Shown here: positions 49,255-58,541 of the stretch, one piece after another
Position numbering within the stretch: position 1 is the stretch's first letter
Layout: each line of letters starts with the position of its first letter
Source: an uncultured Candidatus Rokubacteria bacterium
Lineage (GTDB): Bacteria; Methylomirabilota; Methylomirabilia; Rokubacteriales; CSP1-6
NCBI GenBank assembly: GCA_963771355.1
Contig: CAVYTA010000006.1
Span: 608,001-672,000, forward strand
Length of the DNA stretch: 64,000 bases
Reading direction: 5' to 3'
Program-made: the position numbers and the translations under genes
The notes under the pieces: model-generated
Databases searched by the model: none
Told to the model about the DNA's origin: nothing
Seen by the model: the letters and a program-made list of their open reading frames with translations, nothing else

Positions 49255-49452
49255 CGCGTTGAGGCAGCGCCCCGGTCCAAGGGAAGTCGGTGGAGGCTCG
49301 CCCGGCGAGCCGAATCCGACACGGTCCCGCCACTGTGAGTGGGGAGCCAGGGTCCACGCCCGCGACGGCATGCCCGCGCGGAAGCCACTGGGAGCGATCC
49401 CGGGAAGGCCGGACCCTCGAGCGACGATCCACGAGTCAGGAGACCTGCCCCG
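49255..49452 (+). ncRNA. Cobalamin riboswitch 2 (operon-internal, upstream of btuB)
   Basis: AGGGAAGTCGGTG..GAATCCGAC, CCCGCCACTGTGA, GCCACTGGGA..CCCGGGAAGG and AGTCAGGAGACCTGCC. Confidence 0.93.
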
Positions 49453-49491
49453 GGGCATGAGCACCTCCCTTTCGAGGCAAGAGGAGCGGTC

Positions 49492-51453
49492 ATGCGATTC
49501 CATTTCGATTGGAGACAGTGGGCGGTGGGGCTCGGCATCGCGACGGCACTGGTCGCCGCGCCGGTGATAGCAGGGTGGGCACAGGACACCGCGCCTAAGC
49601 CCGCCGGCGAGGACACCGCGCCGGCCGGAGTCGCTCCGGTGCAGCGAACCAGCGACCCGGTCGTCATCACCGCGAACAAAGTGGACACGCCCGTGAGCCA
49701 GACCGGCGTCGCCATCACGGTGATCACCGAGGACGACTTCAAGACCTATCACTACCAGTCCGTCGGGGACGCGCTCCGCAACGTCCCCGGCGTCGAGATC
49801 CATCGCTCGGGTAGCCTCGGCAAGACCACCAGCATCAGCATCCGCGGCGCCTCTGCCAACCAGGTACAGGTGCTGATCGACGGCGTGCGAGTGAAGAGCC
49901 CCACCCTGGGACAGGCCGAGCTCGCCGACATCTCCCCGGATCTCATCGAGCGCATCGAGGTTGTCCGCGGGCCCCAGTCCACGCTGTACGGCGCCGACGC
50001 GATCGGGGGGGTGGTGAACATCATCACCAAGAAAGGGCGGGGGACGCCGTTCAGCGCCACAGTCGAGGAGCAGGTGGGGAACTACGGCACCTGGATCAAC
50101 CGGCTGAGTGCGTCCGGGCAGTGGAAGATCCTCGACTATTCCATCGCGGGCTCCTATGCCGAGAGCGACGGCCAGTTCGAGCCCCACGACAACTCCGACC
50201 AGAAGGCGCTGAGCGGGCGCATCGGCCTCACCCTGCCCTTCAACAGCACGCTGGCCTTCATCGGCCGCTGGAACAAGACCGACACCGACCTGCCGGTCAA
50301 GTTTGTCTGCTGCGGCCCGCTGCCCGTGAAACCCGTCATCGACGTGAACCAGCAGCAGCAGTCGGAGACGCTCACCCTCACCCTCGAGGGGCGCACCCGG
50401 CCGGTGGAGTGGTGGGAGAGCCGGGGCCGGATCTCCTACTTCGAGAACAGCCAGGGGTTCCAGGATCCGGTGGACCCGGGTTTCGACTTCGACTTCCCCT
50501 CCTTCGCGCAGATCAACGTCCAGCGGCGCGAGGCGGAGTGGATCAACGCCTTCCACATCGGCAAGTGGAGCACGAGCACGGTGGGCCTCGAGTACATCCA
50601 CGAGGAGGGGGAGAACAAGGGCACGTTCAAGAGCCGCACCCACACCCAGTCCGTCTTCTTCGAGCAACAGCTGCGGTTCTTCGAGCGGCTCTTCATCACG
50701 GGAGGCGTTCGGGTGGACGACCACAGCGTCTTCGGCACCCAGGTCACCGAGCGCGGGTCGGTGGCGTTCATGATCAAGGAGACGGGCACGCGCCTTCGCG
50801 GCGGCGCCGGCACCGGCTTCCGGGCCCCCACCCTCAACGATCTCTTCTTCCCCACCTTCTCCAGCCCGGACCTCAAGCCGGAGAAGAGCTTCTCGTGGGA
50901 CGCCGGGCTCGACCAGACCTTCTGGGGTGAGCGCATCCGGATCGGGCTCACGTACTTCTACAACAAGTTCGAGGACCTCATCCGCTTCGTGCCGATCACC
51001 GTCTTCCCCTTCGTGGCGGCGGTCAACGTGGCCCGCGCGCGCACCGAGGGCATCGAGGCCACCGGCGAGATCGACATCCTGCGTAATCTCGTGGGTTCGG
51101 TCAACTACACGTACACCGACAGCGAAGATCTCGGGACCGGCCGCTGGCTGGCCCGGGAGCCCCAGCATCGCTGGAACATCGGCCTGACCTGGGAGCCCAT
51201 CCGCCGGCTCTCGCTCTTCACCCAGGTCCACGTGGTCACGCGCCAGTTCGAGTCGGAGCAGGCCGGGTACAACAGCGGGCACACGCGCGTGGACATCGGC
51301 GGAACGTTCCGGGCCCTCGACAAGTACGGCTGGCTGCAGTCGCTGGACCTCACCCTCCGGGTGAACAACCTCCTCAACGAGGACTATGCCGAGGTGCGCG
51401 GCTTCCCCGCGCTCGGCACCGCCTTCCTCTTCGGGGCGCGGGCGGCGTTCTGA
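49492..51453 (+). CDS. btuB: TonB-dependent cobalamin receptor
   Basis: Plug motifs (IRGA..VLIDGV, IERIEVVRGPQSTLYGADAIGGVVNIIT), C-terminal Phe, riboswitch upstream. Confidence 0.92.
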   Translation: MRFHFDWRQWAVGLGIATALVAAPVIAGWAQDTAPKPAGEDTAPAGVAPVQRTSDPVVITANKVDTPVSQTGVAITVITEDDFKTYHYQSVGDALRNVPGVEIHRSGSLGKTTSISIRGASANQVQVLIDGVRVKSPTLGQAELADISPDLIERIEVVRGPQSTLYGADAIGGVVNIITKKGRGTPFSATVEEQVGNYGTWINRLSASGQWKILDYSIAGSYAESDGQFEPHDNSDQKALSGRIGLTLPFNSTLAFIGRWNKTDTDLPVKFVCCGPLPVKPVIDVNQQQQSETLTLTLEGRTRPVEWWESRGRISYFENSQGFQDPVDPGFDFDFPSFAQINVQRREAEWINAFHIGKWSTSTVGLEYIHEEGENKGTFKSRTHTQSVFFEQQLRFFERLFITGGVRVDDHSVFGTQVTERGSVAFMIKETGTRLRGGAGTGFRAPTLNDLFFPTFSSPDLKPEKSFSWDAGLDQTFWGERIRIGLTYFYNKFEDLIRFVPITVFPFVAAVNVARARTEGIEATGEIDILRNLVGSVNYTYTDSEDLGTGRWLAREPQHRWNIGLTWEPIRRLSLFTQVHVVTRQFESEQAGYNSGHTRVDIGGTFRALDKYGWLQSLDLTLRVNNLLNEDYAEVRGFPALGTAFLFGARAAF

Positions 51454-51466
51454 GGCGCTCGAGCCG

Positions 51467-52120
51467 ATGATTGCGGGCCTCCACGTCGAGAGCGGTCCCG
51501 AGGCGGTGGTGGTGGCGGCCGACCGGCCGCTGCGCACGCTGTCCTCGGCCGTTCTGCGTGGAGGCCTGGCCGAAGCCCGGGCCATCGTGAACGTGCACGT
51601 GGAGCGGGGGGACTGCGGCGAGGACCCAGACGGAATCCTCGAGGCGTACGCCCGGCGCCGGGGCCTCGCCGCACCCTATGTGGGGCTTCTGACCGGAGCG
51701 CGCACCCAGGACGCGACCATCGGGGAGGAAGCGGCCGAGGGATTTCATGCGCTCGTCATCGTCACCGTTGGGCTCAGCAACCGCATGGCGGCGGGCCGGG
51801 CCCCCATCGCGCGCTGGACCCCGTCGACCATCAACACGATTGTCCTCGTGGAGGGCGATCCGGAGCCGGCGGCGCTCGTGAATCTCGCCCTCACCGTCAC
51901 CGAGGTGAAGGTGCTGGCCTTGATCGAGGCCGGCATCATGGACGCCGACGGCATGGCCGTCACCGGCACCTCCACGGATGCCGTCGTGGTGGCGGCGACG
52001 GGGCGGGGACCGAGGGCGCGCTTCGGCGGCCCCGTGAGCGCACTGGGCTGGACCGTCGCGCGGGCCACGCGCCGCGCGCTCGACGACGGACTCCGGGGCT
52101 GGCGGGAGCGCAACCCGTGA
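51467..52120 (+). CDS. cbiZ: Adenosylcobinamide amidohydrolase
   Basis: LSSAVLRGG, GLLTGA, TVGLSN, TINTIV, TEVK and TGTSTDA. Confidence 0.9.
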   Translation: MIAGLHVESGPEAVVVAADRPLRTLSSAVLRGGLAEARAIVNVHVERGDCGEDPDGILEAYARRRGLAAPYVGLLTGARTQDATIGEEAAEGFHALVIVTVGLSNRMAAGRAPIARWTPSTINTIVLVEGDPEPAALVNLALTVTEVKVLALIEAGIMDADGMAVTGTSTDAVVVAATGRGPRARFGGPVSALGWTVARATRRALDDGLRGWRERNP

Positions 52121-53058
52121 GCGCGACGCGCCTCCGGGGCGGCGGGCTCGTGCTCGCCTCGCTGTTCCTGCACGCCATGGCGATCGTGGGAGCGTCGACG
52201 CTGGCGCTCCGCGCGCCGGTGGAGCCGCTGTTCGTGGACCTCACCCACGACGGCGCAGCCGACGTCGAGACCCGCGCGGGGGAGAGCCGGGCGACCTCGT
52301 CACGGCCCGAGCCGGCGCCTGGAGCCGGCGCGCGGGCTCGCCGGACGTCCCCGCCGTCATCGGGAGCGGGTGCGCCCGCTCCCGCCTCGTCGCCGGCGCG
52401 ACCTGTGACCGAGCGACCGCCCGACACGAGTGCTTCACCCGCCACCACGCCCCCGGTCGTCCCGTCTTCCGCGGCCAGCATGCCGACCGAGGCACCCGCG
52501 CCCGAGTCCGAGAAGCCCGCGGTATCGCCCCAGCGGCGGTGGAGCGGCCGACGGTGGATCCGGCGGCGCCGCCCGCCGAGTCTGCTCATGAGCCCCGGCC
52601 CAGCGGACCGAGCACGCTCGCGCGCGGCCCGGCGTCCCCGTCCGGGGGGAGCCGCCCGGCGGGCGCCGTGCCCGAGGTCGGAGGAGATGGAGCCGGTCCC
52701 GGCATGGCGGCGCCGGGCGGCGGCGCGGCTTGTGCTGGCGCTGCCCGGCGACGGTCGCGGCGGAGTGCCCGCCGAGTACGGCCCCTTCCTCGCGCGATTC
52801 CGCCGCAGCGTGGAGGACGCCCTCGTCTATCCGCTGGCGGCGCGCCGGCAGCGGCTCGCCGGCCGCGTCGAGCTCGACGTGCTCCTCGAGCCCGGCGGGC
52901 GCGTGACCGCCGTGGAGATTCACACGTCCTCTTCGCATGGAGTGCTCGACGAGGCCGGGATCGCGGCGGTGCGATCGCTGCCGCCCATGCCGCTCCCGGA
53001 GGGCCTGCCACGCCGGCCCCTGCGTATCCGGCTTCCACTCGACTTCCAGCTGCGCTGA
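52117..53058 (+). CDS. tonB: TonB energy transducer; probable compensating frameshifts in the linker
   Basis: TM helix with SxxxH (SLFLH), Pro-rich linker, C-domain YPLAARRQRLAGRV..SSSHGVLDEA. Confidence 0.85.
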   Translation: MSATRLRGGGLVLASLFLHAMAIVGASTLALRAPVEPLFVDLTHDGAADVETRAGESRATSSRPEPAPGAGARARRTSPPSSGAGAPAPASSPARPVTERPPDTSASPATTPPVVPSSAASMPTEAPAPESEKPAVSPQRRWSGRRWIRRRRPPSLLMSPGPADRARSRAARRPRPGGAARRAPCPRSEEMEPVPAWRRRAAARLVLALPGDGRGGVPAEYGPFLARFRRSVEDALVYPLAARRQRLAGRVELDVLLEPGGRVTAVEIHTSSSHGVLDEAGIAAVRSLPPMPLPEGLPRRPLRIRLPLDFQLR

Positions 53059-53073
53059 GCCGACTGGGCCGCC

Positions 53074-53994
53074 ATGCTGACCCTCCTGATCGCCCTCGCG
53101 CTGGATCTGGCGCTGGGTGATCCGCCGAGCCGCTGGCATCCGGTGGCCTGGGTGGGCCGCGCGCTCGACGCGGGCCGCCGCCGGCTCGCGGGCCGGCCCC
53201 CGCGCCGGCTGCTCGTCGGCGGGGCGGCGCTCGTCACCTCTGTAGCTGTTGGCGCCGCGGTGGTCACCCTGACGCTCGAGCGCGTCGCGGCGCCCTGGCC
53301 TCTGGCGGCGCTCCTGGTCGACGCCGCGCTCCTCAAGGGCGCCTTGTCCGTTCGCGGGCTCTTCGCCGCCGTCTCGGGCGTGCGGCATTCGCTCGAGGCC
53401 GGCCGGCTCGAAGCCGCGCGGGCGGCGCTGGGCCGAGATCTGGTGAGCCGACCGGTGGAATCGCTCGATGCGGGACATGTGGCCTCGGGCGCCATCGAGT
53501 CCCTCGCGGAGAATCTCACCGACAGCCTGGTGGCGCCGGTGCTCTTCTTCCTGCTGGGGGGCGTGCCCGGGGCCTGGGCATACCGGGTGGTGAACACGGC
53601 GGATGCGATGCTCGGCTACCGGGAGGGAGAGCTCGAGCATCTGGGCAAGGCGGCGGCGCGGCTGGACGATGCGCTCAGCTGGGTGCCCGCGCGGCTGGCC
53701 GCCGCGGGCCTGGTGGCGGGCGCGGCGCTGGCCGGAGGCTCTGGAACCAAGGCGTGGCGGCTCCTCCGGCGCGACGGAGGAAATACGGCGAGCCCCAATG
53801 CGGGGCGCACGATGGCGGCCATGGCCGGCGGGCTCGGCGTGCGGCTCGTGAAGCCCGGTCTTTACTCGCTCGGCGACGGTGCCCTGCCGGACCCGCCGGC
53901 GATCGGACGCGCCTTGCGCGTGGCCGCGGTCGGAGCCGCCCTGGCCATGCTGGCGGCGACGCTCGGGCTCGCCGGCCTCGAGCGACTCATCTGA
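53074..53994 (+). CDS. cbiB: Adenosylcobinamide-phosphate synthase
   Basis: GDPP..HPV, ESLAENLTD, YRVVNTADAMLGY and SPNAG. Confidence 0.94.
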   Translation: MLTLLIALALDLALGDPPSRWHPVAWVGRALDAGRRRLAGRPPRRLLVGGAALVTSVAVGAAVVTLTLERVAAPWPLAALLVDAALLKGALSVRGLFAAVSGVRHSLEAGRLEAARAALGRDLVSRPVESLDAGHVASGAIESLAENLTDSLVAPVLFFLLGGVPGAWAYRVVNTADAMLGYREGELEHLGKAAARLDDALSWVPARLAAAGLVAGAALAGGSGTKAWRLLRRDGGNTASPNAGRTMAAMAGGLGVRLVKPGLYSLGDGALPDPPAIGRALRVAAVGAALAMLAATLGLAGLERLI

Positions 53995-55463
53995 TGGGGC
54001 GGACGCCGGCGATCATGCTGCAGGGCACCGGCTCGCACGCAGGCAAGAGCGTGCTCGCCGCGGGCCTCTGCCGGCTCCTCTTCCGCCATGGGCTCCGTGC
54101 CCTGCCGTTCAAGTCCCAGAACATGTCGAACAACGCCCACGTGACCGCGGCCGGCGAGGAGATGGGCTGGGCCCAGGCCATGCAGGCCGAAGCCGCCGGT
54201 GTCGAATCCAGGGTGGAGATGAACCCGGTGCTGCTCAAGCCGGAGGGCGAGGATCGCAGTCAGGTGGTTCGCCTGGGACGCGTCCTCACCACGGTGCCGG
54301 CGCGCGAGTACCCGAGGCTGGCCCCGGCGCTCTGGCCGGCCATCGCCGAGAGCTATGCGCGGCTCGCCGCCGAGGCCGACGTGATGGTGCTCGAGGGCGC
54401 GGGGAGCCCGGCCGAGCCCAATCTCGCGCGCCACGACCTGGCGAACATGCGCGTGGCCCGACTGGCGGGCGCCTCCGTGCTCCTCGTCGGGGACATCGAT
54501 CGCGGTGGGGTGTTCGCGAGCCTTGCCGGCACCATGCTGCTGTTGCCCGAGCGCGATCGGCGGCTGGTTTCTGGGTTCATTCTCAACAAGTTCCGTGGCG
54601 ACGCCTCACTGCTCACTCCAGCAGTGAGAGACCTTCGCCGCCGCACCCGCCGGCCGGTGCTGGGCGTGGTGCCGTACCTCCCCGACCTGGCCCTGCCGGA
54701 GGAGGACTCGGTGGCGCTCGAGACTTTCGTGCCGCGCCGGCGGCCCGGCGCCCGCGCGCGCATCGCCGTGATCCGCCTGCCGCGCATCGCCAACTTCACC
54801 GATCTGGCCGCGCTCGAGTCGGAGCCCGAGGTGGAGCTCTCCTATCTCGACGACCCGTCGCGGGTCCAGTCACGCGATCTCCTTGTCCTCCCGGGCAGCA
54901 AGGACACCATCGCCGATCTCCGGTTCCTCAAGGCGCGCGGGTTCGCCGCCGCCATCCGGGCCCATGCCGACGGCGGCGGCGCCGTGCTGGGCATCTGCGG
55001 CGGATACCAGATGCTCGGCGCGCTGGTCGAGGACCCGGACGGCATCGAGCGCGGAGGATCGGAGTCCGGCCTCGGGCTCCTGCGCGTGCGCACGCGATTG
55101 CGGCCCACCAAGGTCACACGCCGCGTGCGCGCCCGCTGGCTCCCGCATGGTCCGGACTTCGACGGCTACGAGATTCGCGCGGGCGAGACGATGCTCGGGC
55201 CGGGCGCCCGGCCCCTCGTGGAGGCGGCGGGCGGGGTGGCCGGCTGCGCCGGGGACGCGGGGCGCGTCTGGGGGCTGTCCGTGCACGGGCTCTTCGACTC
55301 CCCGGCCTCGCGGCGGCACGTGCTCCGGTGGTCCGGCGGAGACGACGTCGGAGGGACGGGAGGCGGGGCTCGGGCGATGCGCGACACCGCCTACGACCGC
55401 CTGGCGGATGCCGTCGAAGCCGGCGTCGGAATGGACGTGCTGCGGCGTCTCCTCAGACGCTGA
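53994..55463 (+). CDS. cobQ: Cobyric acid synthase
   Basis: QGTGSHAGKS, PFKSQNMSNN, MNPVLLKP, EGAGSPAE, GICGGYQMLG and HGLF. Confidence 0.95.
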   Translation: MGRTPAIMLQGTGSHAGKSVLAAGLCRLLFRHGLRALPFKSQNMSNNAHVTAAGEEMGWAQAMQAEAAGVESRVEMNPVLLKPEGEDRSQVVRLGRVLTTVPAREYPRLAPALWPAIAESYARLAAEADVMVLEGAGSPAEPNLARHDLANMRVARLAGASVLLVGDIDRGGVFASLAGTMLLLPERDRRLVSGFILNKFRGDASLLTPAVRDLRRRTRRPVLGVVPYLPDLALPEEDSVALETFVPRRRPGARARIAVIRLPRIANFTDLAALESEPEVELSYLDDPSRVQSRDLLVLPGSKDTIADLRFLKARGFAAAIRAHADGGGAVLGICGGYQMLGALVEDPDGIERGGSESGLGLLRVRTRLRPTKVTRRVRARWLPHGPDFDGYEIRAGETMLGPGARPLVEAAGGVAGCAGDAGRVWGLSVHGLFDSPASRRHVLRWSGGDDVGGTGGGARAMRDTAYDRLADAVEAGVGMDVLRRLLRR

Positions 55464-55548
55464 TTCAAGCAAAATTGCTTCGCCCCCGCTCGGGCCCGGG
55501 GGTATCATTTCTCATCGCCGCCACGCGCGGCGTTTTTCGTCTTCACCC

Positions 55549-57261
55549 ATGTCGCGTCACCCGGAGAGATCCCTGAACGTCACCGACACCTTGACCGACG
55601 CCTTCCGTCGCGCCCTCGCGCGCCACGGAATGCCCGAGCCGCGCGGCGTGGTCTGGCAGCTGCCGCGGGGCGAGCACGGCGCCGACTACGCCACGCCCTC
55701 GGCGATGGCCTATGCCAAGCAGCACGGGCTGGACGCGGGCGCGGTGGTCGCCATGGTGGTGGCGGAGCTGGAGGCCTTGCCCGAGGTGGCGAACGCGGAG
55801 GGCGCGGGGCCGGGTTTCATCAACGTCATCCTCGCGCGCGACTCGATCTCGGCGCAGCTCCGCGGGGTGCTCGCGGCCGGCGCGCGCTACGGCGGGAGCC
55901 GCGCCGCCGCCGACCGCCACTACCGTCTGGAATTCGTGTCCGCCAATCCCACCGGCCCGCTGGTAATCGTCAACGCGCGGGCGGCCGCGGTGGGGGATGC
56001 GCTCGCACGCATCCTCCGCTCGCAGGGCGCCCGCGTCGAGTCCGAGTACTACGTCAACGATGCGGGGAATCAGTTCCAGGCGCTGGCCGCCTCGGTGGAG
56101 ACGCGGCTGCGTCAGGCGCTGGGCGAGCCGGCGGAGCTGCCGGAGGGCGCCTATCCGGGAGAGTACCTGGTCGAGTTCGCCGACGAGTGGCTCGCGCGCG
56201 ATCCCGCCGGCGTCCGGGCGGCGCTGGCCCTGCCCGAGGCGGCGCGGCGCGAACAGCTGGGGCGCGAGGTGGTGACGGCCATGGTCGCCGGCCATCGCGC
56301 CGTGCTCTCCCGTTTCGGCACCGACGTGGAGCGGTGGGTGCACGAGGCCCGCGACGTGCGCGCGACGGGCTTGCCCGAGCGCGCGATCGCGCTCCTCACC
56401 GCGGGCGGGCACATCTACGAGCAGGACGGCGCGCTCTGGTTCCGCTCCACCGCGCTGGGTGACGACAAGGACCGCGTGCTGCGGAAGTCCGACGGCGAGC
56501 TCACCTACTTCGCGGTGGACATCGGCTTCCACCACTTCGTGAAGTTCGCCGCCCGGGACGCGCACGTCGTCGACTTCCTCGGTCCGGACCATCACGGCTA
56601 TGTCGGGCGAATCCGGGCGGCGATGCGGGCGCTCGGCCATCCCGACGAGGCCTTCGACATCCTGATCGTGCAGCTGGTCACGCTGCTGCGCGAGGGCCAG
56701 CCGGTGCGGATGTCGAAGCGGCGGGGTGAGTTCGTCCTCATGGAGGAGCTGCTGGAGGAAGTCGGCCGTGACGCCGCGCGTTTCACTTTCCTCACGCGCC
56801 GCCACGACAGCCCGCTGGACTTCGACCTCGCGGTGGCCACGCGCCAGAGCGCCGACAACCCGGTCTACTACGTCCAGTACGCCCACGCCCGGGTGGCCAG
56901 CCTCTTCAAGACGGCGGCGCAGCAGGGGGTGGCGGTGCCGCCGTGGGACCAGGTGGACCTGACCCCGCTCGCGCTTCCGGAGGAGCAGGCGCTGATCAAG
57001 CGCGTGATCCAGTTCACCGAGGTCCTGATGGGCGCCGCGCGGGCCCGCGAGCCGCACCGCCTCGCGTTCTATCTGACGGAGCTGGCCGCTGAGTTTCACC
57101 CATACTACAAGGCGCATCGGATCATCACCGAGGATCGCCGGATGACCCTGGCCCGGCTCGGGCTCGCCGCCGCGGTGGGCCAGGTGATACGGAACGGCCT
57201 CGAGCTGCTTGGCGTATCGGCTCCGGAGAGCATGTCGAGAGAGGGGACCCCTGAACCATGA
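55549..57261 (+). CDS. argS: Arginine--tRNA ligase
   Basis: GPGFIN, EFVSANPTGPL, EYYVNDAG, MSKRRG, NPVYYVQYAHAR and APESM. Confidence 0.96.
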   Translation: MSRHPERSLNVTDTLTDAFRRALARHGMPEPRGVVWQLPRGEHGADYATPSAMAYAKQHGLDAGAVVAMVVAELEALPEVANAEGAGPGFINVILARDSISAQLRGVLAAGARYGGSRAAADRHYRLEFVSANPTGPLVIVNARAAAVGDALARILRSQGARVESEYYVNDAGNQFQALAASVETRLRQALGEPAELPEGAYPGEYLVEFADEWLARDPAGVRAALALPEAARREQLGREVVTAMVAGHRAVLSRFGTDVERWVHEARDVRATGLPERAIALLTAGGHIYEQDGALWFRSTALGDDKDRVLRKSDGELTYFAVDIGFHHFVKFAARDAHVVDFLGPDHHGYVGRIRAAMRALGHPDEAFDILIVQLVTLLREGQPVRMSKRRGEFVLMEELLEEVGRDAARFTFLTRRHDSPLDFDLAVATRQSADNPVYYVQYAHARVASLFKTAAQQGVAVPPWDQVDLTPLALPEEQALIKRVIQFTEVLMGAARAREPHRLAFYLTELAAEFHPYYKAHRIITEDRRMTLARLGLAAAVGQVIRNGLELLGVSAPESMSREGTPEP

Positions 57262-57921
57262 GGAACGCGCGTGGCGGCGGTGGCTTCTTCCAGCGGGTGG
57301 GCCTGGTCATGGCCGCCCTCGCGATTCTCGCGCTCACCTTCACGCTTGGGCATTCTCGTCGGACGGCAGTGGGGCGGGCGCGGAGCTCCGGCGCCGACGG
57401 TGGCAGTGGAGGCGGCCAAGAAGCCGACGGTGGCCGCGCGGCGCAGCGGTCTCACGGAGGCTGAGCCGGACCGACCGCGTGAGCCGCAGGAAAAGCTGAC
57501 CTTCTACCAGACTCTCACCGCGCCCATGGGCCCGACCGGCTCATCGGCCCGGGCGCGGGCGGCGGAGGACAGGTCGCGCACGGGCGGGTCGGCCCTCCCC
57601 ACCTCCGCGTCGGCTCCTGCCGCGCCGCCGGTCTCCTCGCCCGCGGCCACCGAGGCCGCCGCCGCACCCGTCGGCACCGGCGCGTCCACGAGCTGGAGCG
57701 TGCAGGTCGGCGCTTTCCGCAGCCGCCAGCAGGCCGACGGGATCCAGAAGCAGCTCGCGGAGGCGGGCTTCCCGGTCTCCCAGAGCGCGGTGGCCGCGCG
57801 GGACGGGCAGCCGCGGTACCGGGTGCGCGTGGGCGGAGCGCGCTCGCGCGACGAGGCGCTGCAGCTGGCCGAGCGCGTCCGCGCCCGGGTGCCGGTCACG
57901 ACCTTCGTCACTGCCAACTGA
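57258..57921 (+). CDS. SPOR-domain cell division protein, split by a +1 frameshift near 57348-57350
   Basis: TM helix ..FTLG|ILVGRQW restored by removing one G; KLTFYQTL; WSVQVGAF..YRVRVG. Confidence 0.85.
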
Positions 57922-57928
57922 GGCGGTG

Positions 57929-58456
57929 ATGCCCGACCGGCCGGGGCGCGTCCTGATCTCGCGTGACGAGATCGCCGCGCGGATCGGCGAGCTGGGGCGG
58001 GCGATCGGGCGCGAGTACGCGGGCCGTAACCCCCTCCTGGTCGGCGTGCTCAAGGGTGCCGCCATCTTCCTCTCCGACCTCATCCGCGCCATTCCCGTTC
58101 CCATCGCCATCGACTACATGGGCGTGGGCTCCTACGGCGGCGAAGCTCGCTCCTCGGGCATCGTGCGCCTCACCGCCGACCTGTCCGTCTCCATCGAGGG
58201 CCGCGACGTGCTGATCGTCGAGGACATCGTGGACTCGGGCCGCACCCTCGACTTTCTCCGGCAGAACTTCGCCACCCGGCGCCCGCGCAGCGTGGCGGTG
58301 TGCGTGCTGCTCGACAAGATCGAGCGCCGCGAAGTGGACGTGAAGCTCGACTACGTCGGCTTCGTCATTCCCGACCACTTCGTGGTCGGCTACGGGTTCG
58401 ACATTGGGGAGATCTATCGAGGGTTACCCGACATCCATGTGCTGGACCGGGGCTGA
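57929..58456 (+). CDS. hpt: Hypoxanthine phosphoribosyltransferase
   Basis: VGVLKGA, LIVEDIVDSGRTL and FVVGYGFD. Confidence 0.95.
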   Translation: MPDRPGRVLISRDEIAARIGELGRAIGREYAGRNPLLVGVLKGAAIFLSDLIRAIPVPIAIDYMGVGSYGGEARSSGIVRLTADLSVSIEGRDVLIVEDIVDSGRTLDFLRQNFATRRPRSVAVCVLLDKIERREVDVKLDYVGFVIPDHFVVGYGFDIGEIYRGLPDIHVLDRG

Positions 58457-58541
58457 CCTTGCTGGCCGCCGGGGCGGTCGTGGGTGACGTCGGGGGGCGC
58501 GCCGAACCACGCATGTGGGCCTGTGGTATACTTTTTGCGCC

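Noticed and set aside
48367..51585. 1072-aa antisense ORF and similar long shadow ORFs (e.g. 19062-21875, 58365-60962, 35958-38333)
   Set aside because: Antisense to well-supported genes; expected from stop-codon scarcity in high-GC DNA; no recognisable motifs
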